Source: an uncultured Candidatus Saccharibacteria bacterium (GTDB taxonomy: Bacteria; Patescibacteriota; Minisyncoccia; Phycocordibacterales; UBA12088). From it: a stretch of 64,000 nt of DNA. Made by a program: the position numbers and the translations under genes. Below are positions 57,177-64,000 of this stretch, piece after piece. The stretch covers positions 1,312 to 65,311 of the forward strand of contig CAZWNC010000001.1 in assembly GCA_964635195.1 (NCBI GenBank). The letters are read 5' to 3'. The first letter of the stretch is position 1; the number at the start of each line of letters is the position of its first letter. The notes beneath the pieces were generated by a model that worked only from the letters and a program-made list of their open reading frames with translations, searched no databases and was not told the DNA's origin.

Positions 57177-58055
57177 ATGGCCGACCCGGACGCTACACAA
57201 CGCATTGCTGACATCGAGGCCTCGATGTGTTTGCCCGATTTTTGGAAAGACCCAAAACGGGCGCAAGAATTGATCGCGGAACTGCAAGATCTGAAGACTG
57301 TGGCGGAAGGTGGTACTCCATACGATAAATGCCGTGCAATCGTCGCGATTTATGCGGGCGCTGGCGGTGATGATGCGGAGGACTTTGCCGGCATGCTTTT
57401 TCGCATGTACCAAAAACTGTGCGAACGCAAGGGTTGGGCATGGCACCTGCTCCATGATCACGAGAATGACCATGGAGGGTTTCGCAATCTGGCGTTTGAG
57501 ATCGAGGCCAAAGGGTCATACGGTGCTGTGCGGGGTGAGTATGGAGTACATCGACTGGTACGCATTTCTCCCTTTAATGCGAATGCCAAACGTCAAACAT
57601 CCTTCGTGCTCGTGGAGGTCTTGCCGGTCATTGAAAAACACAAACTTGATATTCCGGAGAGTGATCTCGAGATTTCGTTTGCGCGGTCGTCCGGCCCGGG
57701 TGGGCAAAACGTCAATAAGCGCGAGACTGCGGTCCGCATGACTCATCGTCCGACGGGTGTTTCCGTCCACTGTCACGGTGAGCGCACGCAGGAGGCGAAC
57801 AGGGAGAAAGCGCTTGCATTCATTGAAGCGAAGTTGCTGCATCGCATGGAAGAAGAACATAAGGGAACCCTCGCGGAATTAACGATAGATCCGGGTAAAA
57901 TAGAGTGGGGAAGCCAGATGCGTTCGTACGTTCTTCACCCCTATCAGATGGTCAAAGACCACCGCACTGGGGTGGAGACAAGTAACACCGAAGGCGTGCT
58001 CGAGAAAGGTGAATTGGATGAGTTTCTTGAAACAGGGACATCACTTTCACAGTAA
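57177..58055 (+). CDS. prfB: peptide chain release factor 2 (short, no frameshift)
   Basis: GVHRLVRISPF (SPF), GPGGQNVNK, WGSQMRSY. Confidence 0.95.
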   Translation: MADPDATQRIADIEASMCLPDFWKDPKRAQELIAELQDLKTVAEGGTPYDKCRAIVAIYAGAGGDDAEDFAGMLFRMYQKLCERKGWAWHLLHDHENDHGGFRNLAFEIEAKGSYGAVRGEYGVHRLVRISPFNANAKRQTSFVLVEVLPVIEKHKLDIPESDLEISFARSSGPGGQNVNKRETAVRMTHRPTGVSVHCHGERTQEANREKALAFIEAKLLHRMEEEHKGTLAELTIDPGKIEWGSQMRSYVLHPYQMVKDHRTGVETSNTEGVLEKGELDEFLETGTSLSQ

Positions 58056-58183
58056 TGGTGTGTGGAACGTTACGGACAGGGCGCTTTTTCTCGCCAGCCA
58101 TCCCGTGGTATACTTTTGAGTGACGCGGTTTGTTTCGGTCGGCATCCCACGGTTTGTTTGCCGGTCACAAGAACCACCTCGAT

Positions 58184-58864
58184 ATGATTTATTTCGACAA
58201 TGTTTCAAAGGAGTATGCTGATCGTTCTCGCGCACTTCATGAAGTGACGCTTTCCATAAATCCCGGAGAGTTTGTTTCGATAGTGGGGCATTCGGGAGCC
58301 GGCAAGACGACGCTTCTCAAGCTCTTGCTGGTAGAGGACAACCCAACAGAGGGTGCAGTGTACTACCACTCGACCGACATCCACAACTTGCGACGTAGTC
58401 ATTTGACACAGTACCGTCAAAAAATCGGCACTGTTTTTCAAGATTTTCGTTTACTCCCCAACCGTACCGCGTATGAGAATATTGCATTCGCTATGGAGGC
58501 TGCGGGGCGTGATGACGAAGAGATTGAGACCGACGTGCCGTATGTGCTCGAGCTTGTTGGTTTGCGAGAAAAAATGTGGAGCTTTCCACGTGAGCTTTCC
58601 GGTGGTGAGCGGCAACGGGTTGCTATTGCACGCGCAATTGTCAATCAGCCCGACGTCATTATTGCTGATGAGCCGACCGGTAATCTCGATCCCATCAACA
58701 CCTACGAAATAGTGCAAATACTCAAAAAGATCAACGATCTTGGTACGACGGTCTTACTTACGACGCACAACAAGGGAGTCATCGACAATCTCGGACGGCG
58801 TGTTATCACCATGGATTCCGGTAAAGTAGTGCGCGATGATGCGAGCGGACGATATGTATTGTAG
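58184..58864 (+). CDS. ftsE: cell division ATP-binding protein FtsE
   Basis: [35 protein letters not shown]; upstream of ftsX. Confidence 0.95.
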   Translation: MIYFDNVSKEYADRSRALHEVTLSINPGEFVSIVGHSGAGKTTLLKLLLVEDNPTEGAVYYHSTDIHNLRRSHLTQYRQKIGTVFQDFRLLPNRTAYENIAFAMEAAGRDDEEIETDVPYVLELVGLREKMWSFPRELSGGERQRVAIARAIVNQPDVIIADEPTGNLDPINTYEIVQILKKINDLGTTVLLTTHNKGVIDNLGRRVITMDSGKVVRDDASGRYVL

Positions 58865-58923
58865 TGCGACACATTGCATGCAGTCATTTCGATAATCAAC
58901 GATTACAAGGATAGCAACTCACC

Positions 58924-59850
58924 ATGTTCTTATCATTTCGACGCATCGTCAAGACAGGTTTCGTAAATTTCTGGCGCAATGGTTTTGTCTCCACCTCCTC
59001 TATTGTGGTCATGACGATTACCCTTTTTGTACTCGGTTCATTGTTCTTTTTAAATGCTCTCTTGGATACGTCGCTCGGTTCGCTTAAAGAAAAAGTGGAC
59101 ATAAATGTCTACTTTGCGCTCGATGCATCGGACGAAGAAGTTGCTAAAGTCCGCGACAGTGTTGCCGCTCTTCCCGAAGTGCGTGAGGTGGAACTTACCA
59201 CACGTGAGCAAGCCCGCGATCGCTTCAAAGAACGACATGCAAATGACGAGCTCGAACTTCAGGCACTCGAGGAGCTTCCGGATAACCCGTTTCCGGCATC
59301 ACTTGCGATACGTGCCGTCGATCCTTCGCAGTACACAAGCATCAGCACCTTCCTTACTGAAGATACTGCGACACTTTCATCTGATGGTTCGCGTATTGTT
59401 TCAAAGGTGAACTATAAAGACAACAAAGCGGCCATTGAGCGCTTGCGCGATATCATTCGCGGAGTGGAACTTTTTGGGCTCGCACTTTCGACGGTACTCA
59501 TCACGTCCTCGATCATCATCGTATTTAATACCATTCGCATGGCGATTTACATTTCCCGTGAGGAAATAGCAGTCATGCGTTTAGTGGGGGCGAGTGACAT
59601 GTACATTCGCGGTCCGTTCGTGATCGAGGGTATGATGTATGGGGTGATAGCGGCCATCATTGCACTCGTGTCGTTCTACCCGCTCGTGCTATGGCTCGGT
59701 CCGTCGACACAGCAATTTTTCGGTACCATCAACTTGTTTAGCTACTACACCGGCAATTTTGGCCAGATATTCCTTACCATCATGGGTACCGGGATGTTTC
59801 TGGGGGCACTCTCAAGTTTCCTTGCGGTAAAAAAGTACTTGCGGGTGTAA
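58924..59850 (+). CDS. ftsX: cell division permease FtsX
   Basis: FWRN, NPFPAS, NTIRMAI..SREEI.VMRLVGA, IRGPF. Confidence 0.94.
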   Translation: MFLSFRRIVKTGFVNFWRNGFVSTSSIVVMTITLFVLGSLFFLNALLDTSLGSLKEKVDINVYFALDASDEEVAKVRDSVAALPEVREVELTTREQARDRFKERHANDELELQALEELPDNPFPASLAIRAVDPSQYTSISTFLTEDTATLSSDGSRIVSKVNYKDNKAAIERLRDIIRGVELFGLALSTVLITSSIIIVFNTIRMAIYISREEIAVMRLVGASDMYIRGPFVIEGMMYGVIAAIIALVSFYPLVLWLGPSTQQFFGTINLFSYYTGNFGQIFLTIMGTGMFLGALSSFLAVKKYLRV

Positions 59851-59875
59851 GGGATTGGGCCACGACTCTGGACAT

Positions 59876-61609
59876 ATGAAACAGAAGATACACGAAGAGC
59901 GATACACAAAAGAAAGTGAAAGTACGGACTCAGTTTCACCTCGTAATGCTCGGACAGGCAGTAAAAAGGGTTCGACGAAGTATATTTTTGTCGTTGGAGG
60001 CGTCATGTCCGGCGTCGGTAAGGGAGTGGCGACGAGCTCCATCGGCACTATTCTCAAAGCGCGCGGACTCACGGTGACCGCCCTTAAGATCGACCCGTAC
60101 ATCAATGTAGATGCCGGCACCATGAACCCCACGGAGCATGGAGAAGTTGCAGTGCTTGTCGATGGTGATGAGTGTGACCAGGACATGTGCAACTACGAAC
60201 GTTTCCTCGATGTGTCACTCACGAGCGACAATTACATGACGACCGGCCGTGTATACCAAACGGTCATAGCCCGCGAACGCAACTTGGAATACAAAGGTAA
60301 ATGCGTCCAAGTTGTACCACATATCCCCGAAGAGGTCATTCGTCGTATTAAGCGCGCGGCTGAGAACACTAAGGCTGATGTGGCTGTCATTGAGATAGGG
60401 GGTACTGTAGGTGAGTATGAGAACATTCTTTTCATTGAAGCGGTACGTATGCTCAAGCTCAAACAACCCGACGACGTAGCGGTTGTGATGGTAAGTTATT
60501 TGCCGGTACCGAACAAGATCGGAGAAATGAAAACCAAGCCAACCCAACATGCAGTGCGCACCCTGAACAGTAACGGGGTGCATCCTGACTTCATCATTGC
60601 ACGCAGTGATTGCGCGCTTGATAAGAAACGGAAAGAGAAAATGGCACTTTTTTGCAACGTCGCAGAGGAACGCATCGTGAGTGCCCCTGATGTGGAGAGT
60701 ATCTATGACGTACCTATCAATTTTGAAAAAGACAACCTTTCTGATCGTTTGCTCGAACGCTTACACGTCACTCCTCGACAGCCTTCTGATTTGCGTGCGT
60801 GGAAAACGTTCGTGCGCAAATCAAAAGATTCAAAAGACTCGGTGACGATTGCGGTGGTGGGTAAGTATTTTGACACGGGTGATTTCGTGCTTTCTGATGC
60901 ATATTTATCCGTACTGGAGGCCATAAAGTTTTCCGCATACAAACTGGGTGCACGGCCGGACATTCGGTGGGTGAATGCAAAGGATTTCGAGGCGGGCGAA
61001 GACCCGAGTGTGCTTGCGTGGGCGGACGGAATACTGGTGCCCGGGGGCTTCGGTGGCTCAGGAGTAGAGGGTATGATTAAGGTCATTGAGTACGCGCGGA
61101 CACACGCAGTCCCTTATTTTGGTATCTGCTATGGTATGCAGCTTATGGTTATTGAGTATGCGCGACACGTGCTGATGCGCTCACGCGCGCATACTATCGA
61201 AATAAATCCTGACACTCCCGATCCTGTGATTGATATCATGCCGGAACAAAAAAAGATTCTCACACTTGGTAAGTATGGCGGTACTATGCGCCTCGGTGCG
61301 TACCCGGCGCATTTAAAACGGAGTACACTCGCTCGTGCACTGTATGGTGCGGATGTGGTCGAAGAGCGTCATCGTCACCGATATGAGGTGAATCCTGAAT
61401 ATGTCGCGGCTCTGGAAGCCGAAGGTCTCGTATTCTCAGGCACAAGTCCCGATGGTTCACTCATGGAGATAGCTGAGTTGCCTCGCAGTACGCACCCGTT
61501 CTTTTTGGGTACACAATTTCATCCGGAGTTTACGGCGCGTCCACTTCATCCGCAGCCACTCTTCACGGGCTTTGTGAAGGCCGCTCTCGCTCGAAGGTCG
61601 GAGAGGTAG
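59876..61609 (+). CDS. pyrG: CTP synthase
   Basis: GGVMSGVGKG, KIDPYINVDAGTM, KTKPTQH, PGGFG, GICYGMQ, RHRHRYE, QFHPE. Confidence 0.99.
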   Translation: MKQKIHEERYTKESESTDSVSPRNARTGSKKGSTKYIFVVGGVMSGVGKGVATSSIGTILKARGLTVTALKIDPYINVDAGTMNPTEHGEVAVLVDGDECDQDMCNYERFLDVSLTSDNYMTTGRVYQTVIARERNLEYKGKCVQVVPHIPEEVIRRIKRAAENTKADVAVIEIGGTVGEYENILFIEAVRMLKLKQPDDVAVVMVSYLPVPNKIGEMKTKPTQHAVRTLNSNGVHPDFIIARSDCALDKKRKEKMALFCNVAEERIVSAPDVESIYDVPINFEKDNLSDRLLERLHVTPRQPSDLRAWKTFVRKSKDSKDSVTIAVVGKYFDTGDFVLSDAYLSVLEAIKFSAYKLGARPDIRWVNAKDFEAGEDPSVLAWADGILVPGGFGGSGVEGMIKVIEYARTHAVPYFGICYGMQLMVIEYARHVLMRSRAHTIEINPDTPDPVIDIMPEQKKILTLGKYGGTMRLGAYPAHLKRSTLARALYGADVVEERHRHRYEVNPEYVAALEAEGLVFSGTSPDGSLMEIAELPRSTHPFFLGTQFHPEFTARPLHPQPLFTGFVKAALARRSER

Positions 61610-61695
61610 TTTGTAGGTTGTATGAGAATGCAACATCGCATCTTGTTGTGCGTAGTACTCCACGTATCGCTCCAAATGTAGTACGATAGGGTAGT

Positions 61696-62997
61696 ATGAA
61701 TGTTCGTGATGCGTCTTTAATATCTGATCTTGCGCCGCTTGCGGTACAAGACTATGAGTACCTTCGATACGGCAACGATCGTAGTATCAAGGATGCTTTT
61801 TTTGCGGGTGATGTGCTCGAGCCTTGGTTCTATTACCACGACATCGACGTTGAGCGTATCGATGAACAGCTTGGGGATGTGTCCGCTTTAACGGCAGTTG
61901 TTGAGCTTTTTGAGGATACGTTGGTGCGTGCACCGTATGTTGAGAAATTACGTAAAATACGAGAGAAGTTTGAACTCATCCGTGCCGCTCGTATGGGCGA
62001 TGATCCCGCAGTACTCGATGCATCACTTCGACTCTATGGTGATCCTCAAGAGGATATGTTTCAGTATGCACTCGACCATGTGCGGAGCTGTCTCTCCAGT
62101 GCTGTACAAGTGTACGGGGAGCACCCGCTTATTCGACCTCTCATCGAAGCACTCAAGCCTGTTGTCACCGGTGAAGGGGAGGGTGTGTACCCGTGGAGTG
62201 GTATAGAACTTCCCACTCCTCGCACGTACGCAACTGAGGAGTCGCTCACGTCACACGAGATACTTCGCCGAGTCTACGCCGCCTACGAGCAGTATGGCAT
62301 CACAGGATGGAGTGCGGTTGTTGATGCGCCCGGGGAGCGCATGACCTTCAACACAAACCACGAGCTTGCGACGATATTCATTCCCAGTGATGAAGATCTT
62401 TCTGTGCGTCGCTACGCGCTTTCGCACGAACGGGTCGAAGCGATTATTGCTCATGAGGTCGGTGTGCACGTGCGTCGCCGTGTCGAGGGAGAAAAGAGCC
62501 CATTACGCCTTCTTGGTTTTGGCCTTGCGGGGTACTTGCGGGCGGAAGAAGGTATCGCAACCTATGCGGAGCAAGTACGTGACGGCGCACGACATTTCGC
62601 GGGAATACTCGGGTATCTTTCTGTCGGGTGGGCACGGGGCATCGACGGTACGCCGCGTACCTTTCGAGGTCTTTTCGACATGGTCTATCCGTACCTGGTG
62701 CTTGCATCACTTGAACATGCGCTTGTGTATGATACAAAAGTGGTCGATGTGGCAAAGCTCTGTGAAAAAAACAGGAGGCGTGCGTGGGCACGCTGTGTAC
62801 GGACTTTTCGTGGCACAACCGGCGCGACTCCCGGGGCGTGCTTCACAAAAGACATTGTGTACCTTGAGGGCAATATCGCCATTTGGCAGCTCGTCCAAAA
62901 AGACCCAAAGCGAGTCGATACATTCCATCTGGGTAAGTACGATCCCGCAAACGAGGAACATGTGCGACTCTTGCGCGAGCTTGAGATGTTGAAGTGA
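61696..62997 (+). CDS. DUF1704 (MATCAP-like) zincin metallopeptidase
   Basis: AHEVGVH (HExxxH), EEGIA, R.FRG, FTKDIVYLEG, GKYD. Confidence 0.85.
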   Translation: MNVRDASLISDLAPLAVQDYEYLRYGNDRSIKDAFFAGDVLEPWFYYHDIDVERIDEQLGDVSALTAVVELFEDTLVRAPYVEKLRKIREKFELIRAARMGDDPAVLDASLRLYGDPQEDMFQYALDHVRSCLSSAVQVYGEHPLIRPLIEALKPVVTGEGEGVYPWSGIELPTPRTYATEESLTSHEILRRVYAAYEQYGITGWSAVVDAPGERMTFNTNHELATIFIPSDEDLSVRRYALSHERVEAIIAHEVGVHVRRRVEGEKSPLRLLGFGLAGYLRAEEGIATYAEQVRDGARHFAGILGYLSVGWARGIDGTPRTFRGLFDMVYPYLVLASLEHALVYDTKVVDVAKLCEKNRRRAWARCVRTFRGTTGATPGACFTKDIVYLEGNIAIWQLVQKDPKRVDTFHLGKYDPANEEHVRLLRELEMLK

Positions 62998-63128
62998 TGT
63001 CATGCACATATGCCTTCAGATAGATATCGTGCACTCCTTGCTACTTAAGGAGCAAGAGATCATGCAGCATTAATAAAGGTGCATATAGCTCCGCTATCTT
63101 TTTCCGCTCAGTATGGTATAATATCGAT

Positions 63129-64000
63129 ATGTATAAGTCATATACGTTCGGGCTGTTAGCCCTCTTTTTTGTATGTGATGGGGTATTTTCTCACGCTTCG
63201 TTTGCAGTCGCGCAGTCAACCTCCTTGGTGGCGAGTACAACCGCAACCACCTCCACTTCATCCGAGCAAAAGTACGCATCGACATCAGAATTGATGCAGG
63301 GTGGGAGTATCCTGGAGGTGCTTACGACTCCGCGTCAAGACCTCACGAAGCCCGAAGAGCAACCGGTCAAGGATGAAATACAGATCCTGCTCGAACGTCG
63401 CCCTGCGCCTGAACTTGGCCTGTTCAATATCATTGCCTACTGGGTACAGCGAGCGATAGAGCTTGGTATACCTGCGAACACCATCGTGCTCATCATGCTC
63501 ATTCCAGTCATCGCCACGCTCGTGACATTCGTGCGAGTGGTGGTGGGACTGCCCGCGCTTGAAATGCTCGTGCCTATCGTACTCGCCTTTGCGTTTGTTG
63601 CGGTCGGCATCACTGCGGGCCTGATTATTTTGGGTGCCGTGATACTCGCATCGTTTGTGTCACGCACGCTCTTGCGTAAGGTGCCTATTATGTTCTTTCC
63701 GAAACGCTCTATTTCGCATCTCCTCCTTGCGTTTTTCGTATTTGCCGCGTTGACACTTTCCATTACACTCGACATTGGTTCCATTCACGAACTGTCGATT
63801 TTTCCGATACTCATTCTTACCCTTCTTGGCGATTCGATCGTTTCGGTTCAGTTGCACAAGACGATTCGTGAGACCGCAATCATTACCCTTGTCACACTCG
63901 GTATCGCGTTAGCTGGTTACTTGCTTGCGACCAGCATTGCCGTGCGTGATATCATCATTCTTTGGCCGGAGCTCGTGCTACTTACCGTGCCGGTGAATTT
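63129..64000 (+). CDS. 7TM_transglut-type membrane protein (partial, runs off the window)
   Basis: Translated by hand from ATG 63129: signal-like N-terminus, then GIPANTIVLIMLIPVIATLV..VRVVVG, PKRS, SIFPILILT, PEL. Absent from the ORF track because no stop falls in the window. Confidence 0.8.
   Translation, partial: MYKSYTFGLLALFFVCDGVFSHASFAVAQSTSLVASTTATTSTSSEQKYASTSELMQGGSILEVLTTPRQDLTKPEEQPVKDEIQILLERRPAPELGLFNIIAYWVQRAIELGIPANTIVLIMLIPVIATLVTFVRVVVGLPALEMLVPIVLAFAFVAVGITAGLIILGAVILASFVSRTLLRKVPIMFFPKRSISHLLLAFFVFAALTLSITLDIGSIHELSIFPILILTLLGDSIVSVQLHKTIRETAIITLVTLGIALAGYLLATSIAVRDIIILWPELVLLTVPVN

Overview
This 64-kb window looks like chromosome from a Patescibacteria (CPR, probably Parcubacteria-type) bacterium using genetic code 11. 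The assignment is inferred from gene content and gene forms: divergent bS21, degenerate HisRS paralogue, short RF2 and UvrC, DUF6390, and a 7TM/DUF1704 pair. Core genes: suf cluster, tuf-rpsJ, murB, secA, a glucan cluster (GT4/GH57/DUF5752/GH15), U32, a Pif1-type helicase, trxB, ftsAZ, ybeY, lepB, pth, dsbB-like, tgt, uvrBAC, ddl, GH1, pilB-like, MacAB-type ABC, two tRNA-Thr, prfB, ftsEX and pyrG. The best candidate for an undescribed system is a four-gene operon at 19586-26167 (minus strand). It encodes a tandem ATP-grasp protein, a MurL-like PP-loop enzyme, a further ATP-grasp protein and a PLP decarboxylase, suggesting a ribosome-independent peptide or D-amino-acid pathway. Other notable signals: a ~240-nt multibranch RNA in the tuf leader; a structured 155-bp element between duplicated tRNA-Thr 3' ends; tandem 16-bp palindromes beside a histone-H1-like gene; a PilB + two receivers + ChpT-like pseudokinase module; three secreted orphan proteins, two sharing a CxxxCD terminus; and a window-wide pattern of apparently leaderless core genes versus SD-led orphan genes. 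No CRISPR array, transposase or integrase was seen. All calls are by-eye motif recognition and manual base-pairing; no searches or folding programs were run.
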